A stretch of DNA of 64,000 nt from Gammaproteobacteria bacterium (GCA_021773835.1 JAJFJQ010000062.1:207322-271321); one strand, 5' to 3'; counted from the first letter of the stretch, positions 49,039-58,640 are shown. The notes: generated by a model not told the origin, from the letters alone. Made by a program: numbers and translations.

Positions 49039-49114
49039 GGGGCCATAGCTCAGCTGGGAGAGCGCCGCAATGGCATTGCGGAGGTCGGCGGTTCGATCCC
49101 GCCTGGCTCCACCA
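49039..49114 (+). tRNA. tRNA-Ala (anticodon GGC)
   Basis: GGGGCCATAGCTCAGCTGGGAGAGCGCCGCAATGGCATTGCGGAGGTCGGCGGTTCGATCCCGCCTGGCTCCACCA. A G3:U70 wobble pair is present. Confidence 0.85.
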
Positions 49115-49319
49115 TTCTTTATTCCCGTCGTATCGGATACTTACCTTATCCGTCATCCTTCAATCGCCGCGGCGCCCATTTTGCGTGCGGAGGGCCTTAT
49201 ACTCACAGCCACAAGGCAGCGTGATATTTTAATCTTAAAACAAATCTATTTTAATGTTAAAGTAATTTCCACGAGGATTAAGACCGGAGCGCCGCGGTCC
49301 GTTGGTGAGGAGGAAACAT

Positions 49320-52073
49320 ATGTCAGCTCGTCCTGAAACACCCGTCAAAAATAAGAAAAAAGTCCCCACTTATTGCTACCAATGTGTCAACGGTCCTGAT
49401 CTGCTTACCGTAGAAGTCGTCGACGGCATCGCGACACAGGTTGAGCCCAATTTCGCTGCCAATAAAGACCATCCGGCCGAAGGCAAGGTTTGTGTTAAGC
49501 CGTACGGCCTGGTGCAGAAGGTGTACAACCCGCATCGCATTCTTACGCCAATGAGACGCACTAACCCCAAAAAAGGCCGGCACGAAGATCCGGGTTGGGT
49601 TGAGACTACTTGGGACGAGGCGCTCGATTTGATCGCGGAAAAGATGAAGGCGACTCGGGAAAAGGGTCTCCTCGACGAGAACGGTGATCCGCGATTCGCT
49701 TTTACGACCGGCGGCGCAGCCACACCCTTTTATTACGCCGGCACGCTCAGTGCGTTTCTCGGGGCCTGGGGACCGTACGACAACAGTCTCGGCGCCGGTG
49801 GTACGGTGAAGTGCTATCACAGTGAACACATGTACGGCGAACTCTGGCACAAGGCCTTCACCGTGATGCCGGATACGCCACGCGCCCAATACGTTATTTC
49901 ATTCGGCAACAATATCGACGCCTCCGGCGGCGTGACCGCTGTGTACCGCCAAGCGAATGCGCGGGCGCGGGGATGGACGCGGATCCAATTCGAACCACAT
50001 CTATCGGTGACCGGCGCTAAGGCAACGGAATGGGTGCCAATCAAGACCAAGACCGATGGCGCCGTGCTGTATGCGATGCTCCACGTGTTGTTGCATGAGC
50101 ACTCGGCCGATGAACTCGATATCAACTTCCTCAAACACACGACCTCTTCACCTTATTTGGTAGCTCCAAACGGCTATTACCTGCGCGATCCGGAAACCAA
50201 GAAACCGCTGATATGGGATCTGCAGATCAATGGACCGGTGCCGTTCGATACGCCAAACACCGATCCAGCGATTGAAGGAAGCTTCGTCGTCCCGCACGCG
50301 ATCGAGGTCGGTGCGGACGACGAGACGTGGACGCATACGGATACGTCAGTCACGACCGCACACGAAAAACTTAAAGCGCACGTTCGCGAAAACACGCCAG
50401 AGTGGGCGGCTGAGATCTCCGACGTACCAGCGGATACTCTGCGGCGCATCGCCAATGAGTTTCTGGGCGCCGCCTGTATCGGCGAAACACATGAGGTCGA
50501 AGGGCGCGTGCTGCCGTTTCGGCCGGTCACGGTTGTCCTAGGTAAGTCGGTGAACAACGGTTGGGGCGCCTACGAATGCGTATGGGCACGCACCGTGATG
50601 CAGGTGCTTGTCGGTGCACTCGAAGTGCCGGGCGGAATGCTCGGTAGCACGACGATCATATCCGGACCCGACTGGGATCGCATGGCCAACGTCTTTCCGG
50701 GCGAAGACGGGTTTATGCATTTTCCATTCAACCCAACCGATAAAGAAAATTGGTTGCAAGCGAATGAAATGCGGCACGCTCATAAGCTGTTAACACCGAT
50801 GGTCGGGGATTCGATGTTCTCCGGCTTGTTCGGATCGACTTCGATTGCCTGGTTGCGTCTGCAAGGCCGCGCGGCCGAGTCGTGGGCGAAACCGCAGCCA
50901 CCGGATGTGTGGTTCGTCTATAAATGCAATCCATCGATATCGTTTTCGGAGACCTCACGTCTCGGTGAGTCGATGGCGCAATTTCCCTTTATGGTCTCGT
51001 TCGCCTATACCGAGGATGAAACCAACCATTTCGCAGACCTGATGCTGCCCGAGGCGATCGACCTCGAGTCGACGCAATTGATCCGCGTCGGTGGGCAACA
51101 CTATTTTGAGCAGCAATGGGAAGCCGAGGGTTGGGTGCTGCGGCAGAAAGTGGTTGAACCACAGGGCGAAGCCAGAGATTTCTCTTGGATTTGTAATGAA
51201 CTCGCACGCAGGGTTGGCATCCTCGAGGCCTACAACGACATGATCAATGTGGGTGCCTGCGGTATACCGTTGAAAACCGATAGTTACGATTACTCGCTCG
51301 ATCCAACGACGGTACACGAACCGGATGTAATTTGGGACGCTGTGTGTAAGGCGGCGAGTGCGGATCTGACCGATGGCAAGGAGGTCAACGATCTCGAATG
51401 GTTCCAAGAAAAGGGTTACAAGGTTCGGCCGTTTTCAAGCATCAATTGGTACCTGTATCCGAAGTTGGTCGATCAGGGCCTGCGCTTCGAATTGCCTTAC
51501 CAAGAACGGATCCTGCGAGTTGGCCAACAACTTGCCAACCGCTTACACGAAAACGGCGTCGATTGGTGGGACACGCAGCTTGAAGAATACGAAGCGTTAC
51601 CGACGTGGAAGGATCTGAACAAACTGTGGGACAACATCATCGAGAAAAATTACGATGTGAAGGCCACTGATTTCCCGTTCTGGCTATTGAGCGCTCGTAG
51701 CATGCAATACGCCTGGGGCGGCAACACCAGCTTACAATTTATTCACGAGGTGGCGAGCAACGTCGCCGGGCACGATGGCATTTTGATCAACGCGAATAAG
51801 GCCGCGGAGTTGGGGATCGGGGAGGGCGACTGGATGGAAGTCAGCTCACCAGTCGGCAAGGCCCATGGTCAGGCACGCTTGCGCCAGGGCATTCGCGAAG
51901 ACGTGATCGTTATGATTGGCCAGTTCGGCCATTGGAAGATGCCATTCGCGAAGGACCTTAAGGTGCCGAGTTTAAACGCGCTCGTTCCCATGCACCCGGA
52001 TTTCCTCGATGGCCATGGTTCGAGCATTGATGCGACAAAAGCTGCGGTTAAAAAAGTGGAGAAGCTAGTATGA
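49320..52073 (+). CDS. Molybdopterin-dependent oxidoreductase catalytic subunit (Mo-bisPGD/DMSO-reductase superfamily) without Tat signal
   Basis: ATG at 49320 lies 7 nt after GAGGAGG. 917 aa. N-terminus CYQCVNGPD...(33)...CVKPYG. RILTPMRRTNPKKG...WDEALD is typical of the family. No RRxFLK. Confidence 0.8.
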   Translation: MSARPETPVKNKKKVPTYCYQCVNGPDLLTVEVVDGIATQVEPNFAANKDHPAEGKVCVKPYGLVQKVYNPHRILTPMRRTNPKKGRHEDPGWVETTWDEALDLIAEKMKATREKGLLDENGDPRFAFTTGGAATPFYYAGTLSAFLGAWGPYDNSLGAGGTVKCYHSEHMYGELWHKAFTVMPDTPRAQYVISFGNNIDASGGVTAVYRQANARARGWTRIQFEPHLSVTGAKATEWVPIKTKTDGAVLYAMLHVLLHEHSADELDINFLKHTTSSPYLVAPNGYYLRDPETKKPLIWDLQINGPVPFDTPNTDPAIEGSFVVPHAIEVGADDETWTHTDTSVTTAHEKLKAHVRENTPEWAAEISDVPADTLRRIANEFLGAACIGETHEVEGRVLPFRPVTVVLGKSVNNGWGAYECVWARTVMQVLVGALEVPGGMLGSTTIISGPDWDRMANVFPGEDGFMHFPFNPTDKENWLQANEMRHAHKLLTPMVGDSMFSGLFGSTSIAWLRLQGRAAESWAKPQPPDVWFVYKCNPSISFSETSRLGESMAQFPFMVSFAYTEDETNHFADLMLPEAIDLESTQLIRVGGQHYFEQQWEAEGWVLRQKVVEPQGEARDFSWICNELARRVGILEAYNDMINVGACGIPLKTDSYDYSLDPTTVHEPDVIWDAVCKAASADLTDGKEVNDLEWFQEKGYKVRPFSSINWYLYPKLVDQGLRFELPYQERILRVGQQLANRLHENGVDWWDTQLEEYEALPTWKDLNKLWDNIIEKNYDVKATDFPFWLLSARSMQYAWGGNTSLQFIHEVASNVAGHDGILINANKAAELGIGEGDWMEVSSPVGKAHGQARLRQGIREDVIVMIGQFGHWKMPFAKDLKVPSLNALVPMHPDFLDGHGSSIDATKAAVKKVEKLV

Positions 52074-52717
52074 CGCGCTATGTAATGACGGCCGACCTAA
52101 ACCGTTGCGTCGGCTGCCAAACCTGCACTGCGGCGTGCAAGCATACCAACGCAACGCCGCCTGAGATCCAATGGCGTAAGGTCTTGGACGTCGAGATGGG
52201 TGAATTCCCCGATGTCGAACGTATCTTTATGCCGGTCGGTTGCCAACATTGCGCCGATCCACCATGCATGCATGTGTGTCCAAGTCAGGCCACCGCGCAG
52301 CGCGACGACGGTATTGTTACCATCGACTACGACCTTTGCATCGGCTGCGGTTACTGCATGGTGGCATGTCCGTATGACGCGCGTTACAAAGTCGACGAGG
52401 CGCGATTTGCCTACGGTAAAAAACCAAGTCTGACAGAGGCCTTGCGGCATGATGAAGGTCGCCTCGGCGTTGCGCAGAAATGTACGTTTTGCGCCGACAG
52501 GATCGATGAGGGCACGGCGAAGGGTTTAACTCCAGGAGTAGATCCCGAGGCGACGCCAGCGTGCGTCAACTCTTGCATCGCCAACGCACTGCAATTCGGT
52601 GATATAGAAGACGAGAACAGCAACGTATCGGAATTGTTGGCCGAGAATACCTATTTTCAAATGCACGAAGAACTCGGTACCGAAACCGGATTTTACTACT
52701 TATGGAATGAAAAGTGA
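52070..52717 (+). CDS. Four-cluster [4Fe-4S] ferredoxin-type electron-transfer subunit (DmsB/PsrB/SoeB-like)
   Basis: Four Cys clusters (CVGCQTCTAAC, CQHCADPPC, CIGCGYCMVAC, CTFCADR). ATGA overlap with the catalytic gene. Confidence 0.88.
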   Translation: MTRYVMTADLNRCVGCQTCTAACKHTNATPPEIQWRKVLDVEMGEFPDVERIFMPVGCQHCADPPCMHVCPSQATAQRDDGIVTIDYDLCIGCGYCMVACPYDARYKVDEARFAYGKKPSLTEALRHDEGRLGVAQKCTFCADRIDEGTAKGLTPGVDPEATPACVNSCIANALQFGDIEDENSNVSELLAENTYFQMHEELGTETGFYYLWNEK

Positions 52718-53592
52718 CGATAAGCTTCGGATCGAAATTACAGACAAACTGGGACTGGCGCGCGGCGTTCAATTTTATGTTCGGCGGAAGCGGTAGCGCG
52801 CTGTTGCTCATGATGGCAATATTCGCCGCGCCGCAGGCCGCACCGTTGGCCTTGGCGCTAGTGGCGCTCGTATTGGTTGGGTTTGGTCTGTTGATGGTGT
52901 GGCTAGAGATTGGCCGACCGTGGCGTTTCTTGCATGTCTTTTTTCATCCGCAGACATCGTGGATGACCCGAGAGGGCTCGGTCGGAACGGTGCTGTTCCC
53001 GGTAACAATCGCCGGGGCGCTAATGCATTCCGTGATGCTGCTGGCGTTTGCTGCAGTCCTCGGCTTCGTCTTCCTCTATTGCCAAGCCCGTATATTGAAA
53101 GCGGCGGCCGGCATACCGGCGTGGCGTGAACCGGCCATTGTTCCGCTGATCATCTCAACCGGTTTGGTCGAAGGGACCGCTATCGCGATGATGTTTTTCC
53201 AAGGAATGAATTCAGCAGCACTGTGGATGCCCGGATTATTCACCCTATTTATCGCTGCGAGGCTATGGATGTGGTTTGCCTACCGCGACGCGTTAGCGCG
53301 CGGCAAGGCGCCGGCAGGGACATTGCAGGCGCTAACGAAAATGCACCGCGAATTCATCATCGCCGGCTGCATTGTGCCGTTGCTGTGCGTATTAATGACC
53401 TTCGCATTCGAACTCGGGAGTTGGGGCACCTTCCTTGGCGGCGCGGTTGCGCTCATATCCGGTTGGCGCTTGAAATATGCCATTGTCGTCAAAGCGTCCT
53501 TCAAGCAAGGCTACGGGATCGGGAAGCTCAGAAAAGGGCGGCCAATCATAAAACCGCCGGTACGCAGAGCAGGCGATCCGATCCAACTTTAA
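52714..53592 (+). CDS. Integral membrane anchor subunit (NrfD/DmsC-type)
   Basis: 292 aa, polytopic and hydrophobic. Start overlaps the FeS gene stop (GTGA). Confidence 0.7.
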   Translation: MTISFGSKLQTNWDWRAAFNFMFGGSGSALLLMMAIFAAPQAAPLALALVALVLVGFGLLMVWLEIGRPWRFLHVFFHPQTSWMTREGSVGTVLFPVTIAGALMHSVMLLAFAAVLGFVFLYCQARILKAAAGIPAWREPAIVPLIISTGLVEGTAIAMMFFQGMNSAALWMPGLFTLFIAARLWMWFAYRDALARGKAPAGTLQALTKMHREFIIAGCIVPLLCVLMTFAFELGSWGTFLGGAVALISGWRLKYAIVVKASFKQGYGIGKLRKGRPIIKPPVRRAGDPIQL

Positions 53593-53833
53593 CGACTAGA
53601 ATCGTGTGTGAATCGAGCCACGATTTGCGGCTGCGCTCGTGCAGGTCCACGCGTACTAGTGGACAACCCCAAAAACCGTTAGAATGCGCCACTCGGTTTT
53701 GCCAACGCAATCGCATCTCATTGATTTACAAACAGATGTTCAGCGGCAATAGCGCGGACCTGCACGGCTCTAAAACGTGTAGATCGACCAAACGTCGGGC
53801 TCGTAAAACCAGCCCACTGTTATTGGACAACAT

Positions 53834-53909
53834 GTCCCCATCGTCTAGAGGCCTAGGACACTGCCCTTTCACGGCGGCAACAGGGGTTCGAATCCCCTTG
53901 GGGACGCCA
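53834..53909 (+). tRNA. tRNA-Glu (anticodon TTC)
   Basis: GTCCCCATCGTCTAGAGGCCTAGGACACTGCCCTTTCACGGCGGCAACAGGGGTTCGAATCCCCTTGGGGACGCCA. Confidence 0.9.
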
Positions 53910-53916
53910 AAAAAAT

Positions 53917-53946
53917 AAACCCGCCTTATGGCGGGTTTAATTTTTT
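53917..53946 (+). terminator. Rho-independent terminator of tRNA-Glu
   Basis: CCCGCC-TTAT-GGCGGG hairpin followed by TTTAATTTTTT. Confidence 0.75.
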
Positions 53947-54400
53947 GTGTCCCCAAGGATTGATTCTCACCCCCCTGGTTCGACAGATTGCGCAAAGCAA
54001 TCTGGACGCACGCAGTGCGCCCCGCAGGGGTGAGCAAACAAGCCTTTGTTTGCGAATCTATCTCCGCGATCTGTCTAGCACGATCCCACACACTGGCGGG
54101 TTTAATTTTTTGTGTCCCCAAGGATTGATTCTCACCCCCCTGGTTCGACAGATTGCGCAAAGCAATCTGGACGCACGCAGTGCGCCCCGCAGGGGTGAGC
54201 AAACAAACCTTTGTTTGCGAATCTATCCCCGCGATCTGTCTAGCACGATCCCACACACTGGCGGGTTTAATTTTTTGTGTCCCCAAGGATTGATTCTCAC
54301 CCCTCTGGTTCGACAGATTGCGCAAAGCAATCTGGACGCACGCAGTGCGCCCCGCAGGGGAGAGCAAACAAGCCTTTGTTTGCGAATCTATCCCCGCGAT
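53929..54400 (+). repeat. Three tandem copies of a ~165 bp structured repeat
   Basis: Unit boundaries at 53929, 54094 and 54259 (period 165). Copies differ by 1-4 substitutions. The third copy decays after ~54395. Confidence 0.85.
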
Positions 54401-54511
54401 CGATTTGTCACCGAGGTGCTTCAATTGGGGGGGTATTCTATGAGCCCCTAATAAGTAAATATCCCAAAAACGTTTCCGCGGAAACGTTTTCATTAGACTC
54501 AGCAGAAAAAT

Positions 54512-55306
54512 TCAGTAAACCAACACCACAGGCCGCACGCCCATGCCGTCGCCGTCCTGAATGTTCAGCGGCGCACCAACGAAATACATGCGTTGTTTAC
54601 CCAACAGCCGCTCGACGTTGACCAATTGTTCATAAATCGCGATACCGCGGGAAAGAAAGGCGTGATGGGCGGGGAACGCTCTCGCGGCCTCTGATTCGGC
54701 ATTCACCGGCGTCTTGTCGGTCATGCTCCAGACACTGAAGGCGTCTGTGCCGAACGCGCGTACGGGAATCTTCGCCAGGTATTCGGCCGCTTCGTACGTT
54801 AATGCGATGGTTTCCGGCACCTCGGTATCGGAGCGCGGTGGCGTAAACCCTGTGTAAATTACGACGATATCCCCGGATTCAATTCCCCGATCTTCGACCA
54901 TCTTTTGGGTAATCGATCTGCCAACCGAAAGATCGCTGAAATCGAACACTTTCAAGGGGCCAGCGAACGATTCGATCGAGTAACTGTCGAGGCCGCCGCC
55001 AAGTCCCATGTGGTTCGGTGCGTCCACGTGCGGGCCGGCATGATTGAACAAGGTGTAGTATGCGTCCGAACCGGACACCGGTCCGAACTTCCACGGGATG
55101 ACGTTAAACGAGTTCGATTCCGTAAAGCCGAAGTCTGCCATCAGTTTCTTACCCCAGAATCGCTGTGGTAGATCCTCCGTGACGAGTGCGCCGAGATCGA
55201 TGATTTCTTTTGGCTGCGGTACCTCTGCTTGTGGGTTGCGATCAGGTTGGCCGCAGGCGAGCAACGATCCGTACAGAAATGTTGCGAGGATGAATCTTGA
55301 CGTCAT
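54512..55306 (-). CDS. Cyclase-family (kynurenine-formamidase-like) lipoprotein
   Basis: Lipobox LLACG after an N-terminal hydrophobic segment. Metal motif NHAGPHVDAPNHMG. Confidence 0.7.
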   Translation of the reverse strand: MTSRFILATFLYGSLLACGQPDRNPQAEVPQPKEIIDLGALVTEDLPQRFWGKKLMADFGFTESNSFNVIPWKFGPVSGSDAYYTLFNHAGPHVDAPNHMGLGGGLDSYSIESFAGPLKVFDFSDLSVGRSITQKMVEDRGIESGDIVVIYTGFTPPRSDTEVPETIALTYEAAEYLAKIPVRAFGTDAFSVWSMTDKTPVNAESEAARAFPAHHAFLSRGIAIYEQLVNVERLLGKQRMYFVGAPLNIQDGDGMGVRPVVLVY

Positions 55307-55468
55307 TGCCTGTCCTCTACCTGACTGAGTACCCGTTGAAGGATACTCGAAATGCGGAAGGCAGGAGGCCGATCACCTTTTAGGTTCTGAGGAAAGGTGG
55401 TCTGCCCCCTGTTTCCCTCGCCCAAAGCCTCGCGTTTCCAGCATCCTGGATCATGTTCCACGGGATCG

Positions 55469-56392
55469 CTACTCAACACCCAACACCAGGTTCCGATACC
55501 CGAAGAACGTCGGCCTGTCCTGCCCCCTGCCAAGGTCACGACTCGTGCTGTGGATGAGTGCCGCGATATTGTCGATAGGTGTCAGGTAAGACATTTTGCA
55601 TTGCCTTTCGGCGACAACCTTGCCATTAACAGTTGCCGTGAATTCGATCATTAAGTTGTCGTAATCCTTCGTGACTCGGTGTGTGGCCCACGTGTCCGCC
55701 GGTGGCAGATACTTGATCCGACAATCTGCCTCTGCCTCGTAATGACCAGCGTCACGGACCCACACTTCCCCCCGATTGGGAATTAGCGTAAACGTACCGG
55801 AAGTATTCTGTTTGACATCCCGCTTTTGATTGTTGTAGATCCGAAATGTCTTGATCGAACTCCACCCGAGGTTGGAATTCTCGAAGAGTTTGTAAAAAGA
55901 CGACGGCACATAGAAATCCCATTGGGCATACACGCGGCCAGTCGTAGGTGCCGGTACAGAAAGGCGATCATTACGCGCGCTCGACGGCGTATCACCCACA
56001 ATTATTGGGAAATTTGCACCGTTTATTGTTTCGTCAAAAAAACCGGACCTAGGGTCGTTTGCTTTGTAGTACATCGAGTCAACAAAGTGCAGTGCGTCGA
56101 TCTCAGCATCAGATTTCAACGGCCTCGATATCAAAACGCCAGGGGCCGACTGCGATGTTAGCGCTGGGTCCTGTTTTGGTGGCCGATTAGGATCTGGCTC
56201 CGGTTCCGACTGAGGTCGGGACGCTGCTTCTAATAACGTGACACGCTTGGCCAGCGCCTCGATCGCTGCATCGATCTCGGCGCCGCCAGCAGCATAGGCC
56301 AGTCCGTGACCACACAGCATGGCGAACGCTATCCATGTCAAAGTGACCTTGATTCGCGACTCTCGGGTTATTAAATCAATATCTTTATCCAT
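55469..56392 (-). CDS. Secreted hypothetical protein (signal peptide; unknown fold)
   Basis: 307 aa with N-terminal TLTWIAFAMLCGHGLAYAAGG and a Pro/Gln-rich linker. A fragmentary paralog lies at 59157-59498. Confidence 0.55.
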   Translation of the reverse strand: MDKDIDLITRESRIKVTLTWIAFAMLCGHGLAYAAGGAEIDAAIEALAKRVTLLEAASRPQSEPEPDPNRPPKQDPALTSQSAPGVLISRPLKSDAEIDALHFVDSMYYKANDPRSGFFDETINGANFPIIVGDTPSSARNDRLSVPAPTTGRVYAQWDFYVPSSFYKLFENSNLGWSSIKTFRIYNNQKRDVKQNTSGTFTLIPNRGEVWVRDAGHYEAEADCRIKYLPPADTWATHRVTKDYDNLMIEFTATVNGKVVAERQCKMSYLTPIDNIAALIHSTSRDLGRGQDRPTFFGYRNLVLGVE

Positions 56393-56817
56393 GTTTATTC
56401 CTTAAAAAGGGGTCGGAGTAAGTTATTACGATTGAGACTTTTGCTACGAATAGCAAGAACGACATTGTAAGAATACAGCGACTAAATTGAGGAAACGTAA
56501 TAGCAGAAAAGCCAACCGGCCGTCGCAGAGTGTGCATGTCACGTGGTGTAACGGGGAAATGATCGGTAAGCCGTTTTATATTCTACTATCGGCTATGGGG
56601 TGTGTCCTGAAAGGTTAGATCTCGCGTATCCAAGAGTACGACAGTAATTCGCGCAGGTAATTCGATTTCGAATCATCGAAGTATCGTAATTGACTCCGAC
56701 CCCATTTACCATTTACCCAATTTCCGTTTGGCGCAAATGCAGTTGTCGATACCTTGACCGAGTGTGACATTTTGCTAGGGTGTATTTACTGTATCAACCA
56801 GAGAGACAACATCGGCA

Positions 56818-57441
56818 ATGGTGGATAGTCCCAAGGGACAGGGCTTCGTCGCGCACGTTCGCTACGGGTTGCAGCGCAAGTCTTGGTACGACATGGTATT
56901 TTTGCTGGGATTGTTGGTATTTCTTTGCTCGTTGCTTACTGGATTGGTACATCAACTATCGTCTGAATCACGGCTTCCTAGCATTGTGTTAAACCACCTT
57001 GCCAATGGCGAGAAATTTTTCGCCCAGGGAGACCTCAACAAGGCGTTGAAGGAGTTTCGTCTTGCGATCGCCATCGCTCCTGATGATGATCAAGCACATC
57101 GTCGGCTTGGCATAGTCGCGCACTCGTTAGGTGATGTCGAAGAGGCGGTTCATGAATTTAAGGAGGCGCTACGTCGCAAACCTAGCGATTTTGTCGCCCA
57201 CTACATGCTCGGTCTCATTTACCTACAGCAAGGGCGCCTGGAGCAAGCCGAGAGCCACAATCAATTTGCTATCCAGTATCGACCGGGATTTGCTGACGCC
57301 TATAACAACTTGGCGACCGCACAACTCAGGCAGGGTGATGTCGAAACTGCCGTGCGCAACTATCGACAGGCTTTAGCACTGGATCCAACTCTAGTGCCGG
57401 CTCGCCGGAGTCTTCAAGCTCTGGGTCGCGAACCTCAATGA
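56818..57441 (+). CDS. TPR-repeat protein with N-terminal transmembrane helix
   Basis: One TM helix followed by at least four TPR units (AIAIAPDDDQAHRRLG..., AYNNLATAQLRQGD...). Confidence 0.7.
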   Translation: MVDSPKGQGFVAHVRYGLQRKSWYDMVFLLGLLVFLCSLLTGLVHQLSSESRLPSIVLNHLANGEKFFAQGDLNKALKEFRLAIAIAPDDDQAHRRLGIVAHSLGDVEEAVHEFKEALRRKPSDFVAHYMLGLIYLQQGRLEQAESHNQFAIQYRPGFADAYNNLATAQLRQGDVETAVRNYRQALALDPTLVPARRSLQALGREPQ

Positions 57442-58529
57442 ATGCACCTGGCGCTTCAAACCAGACTTTGGCGACCCGGCATGTTGTTGGGAATTGTTTC
57501 GTTAATCCTTACTTCGACTACGTTATTGTCGGCGGCCTTTGGAGCATTCTTGCAGCGGGCGTGTTTCTCTACAGACCGACCCTTGTACAGGGTATGGATA
57601 TGTTCACCCTGGCAGTGTTAATTCTGTTAGTTAACAGTGCTCACTTCGCCGCTTCCACCGTTCGCCTGTATAGCAAACCGATTTACTTTCAAGACCATCC
57701 TTTCGTTACCCTCGCCTTGCCGATCATCACGCTCCTCGGACTGACGGTGTTCATTTTAGTTCCGAACACTCTCGGCAAGCACTTGCAGGCTTTGAGCTTG
57801 ACCTGGTCGCCCTACCACTATGCTGCGCAGACCTATGGTCTGGTCGTAATGTATAGCTTCCGCTCAGGTTGCAGGCTGACAAACTCTGAAAAGACGTTGC
57901 TGTGGTGGACATGCATGTTGCCATTTCTCCGGGCTTTTCTCGGCGCTCCGGATTCGGGGTTGGGCTGGTTCGTGTCGCGCGAAACTCTTGCAACCATTAC
58001 GTATTTGCCGAGCGTGTTGTTTATGGTCACCGACGTGATATTCGCCGCTATTTTCGTCGTGCCTGCGGTTCTCGCCTGGCGGATATATAGTAAAAAACGT
58101 CAGTTCCTACCGCTGATTTGTCTCGTCCTCATGTTGTCGAATGGGCTTTGGTGGACAGTGCTCGATTTCGTCGATGGCTTCGTAGTCGCGACCATAGCCC
58201 ATGGACTCCAATATTTGGCGATCGTGATCGTGTACCACGTGCGCGAACGGCTGCGTGAATCTGATAACAAACATGCTTGGCTTGTTCACGCGCTCAGTTT
58301 CTACGGAAAATGCTTGCTGCTCGGTTACGGTTTGTTTTACTGCTGGCCGCACGCGTACGTCTGGGCGGGAGCTGGATTGGTAGAGAGCATGCTGCTGGTG
58401 TCAGCAGCCATTAATATCCATCATTTCGTAGTCGACCGATATATATGGCGGTTAAGCACACCGGCAAATACACGAACGATGATGGATGCGCCGGTCACTG
58501 GTTCGATCCCAGGACCGCTCACCAATTAA
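57438..58529 (+). CDS. Polytopic integral membrane protein of unknown function, translationally coupled to the TPR protein
   Basis: ATGA overlap with the TPR gene. ~10 hydrophobic segments across 363 aa. Confidence 0.6.
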   Translation: MNAPGASNQTLATRHVVGNCFVNPYFDYVIVGGLWSILAAGVFLYRPTLVQGMDMFTLAVLILLVNSAHFAASTVRLYSKPIYFQDHPFVTLALPIITLLGLTVFILVPNTLGKHLQALSLTWSPYHYAAQTYGLVVMYSFRSGCRLTNSEKTLLWWTCMLPFLRAFLGAPDSGLGWFVSRETLATITYLPSVLFMVTDVIFAAIFVVPAVLAWRIYSKKRQFLPLICLVLMLSNGLWWTVLDFVDGFVVATIAHGLQYLAIVIVYHVRERLRESDNKHAWLVHALSFYGKCLLLGYGLFYCWPHAYVWAGAGLVESMLLVSAAINIHHFVVDRYIWRLSTPANTRTMMDAPVTGSIPGPLTN

Positions 58530-58569
58530 ATCAATGAGGGATAGTTTTTTCGAATACCGCCGCCAGCTC

Positions 58570-58640
58570 TTTCGAGTCCGTGCCGGGAGCACGTTATAGC
58601 GATTGAAATCGACGGTGAAGCTGCCGGCACCGGAGGTCAT
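58570..58640 (-). pseudogene. Orphan 3' fragment of the EF-G-like gene
   Basis: The translation MTSGAGSFTVDFNRYNVLPAR matches the C-terminus ...AMTSGAGSFTVDFNRYDVVPAR of the 16609-18657 product. ~85% nt identity over ~60 nt. Confidence 0.6.

Noticed and set aside
53726-54493. Tracked ORFs of 255 aa (minus strand) and 168 aa (plus strand, 53945-54451) with internally repeated protein sequence
   Set aside because: They are read straight through the three 165-bp tandem repeats. The periodic protein sequence is an artefact of the DNA repeat, and there is no start context.
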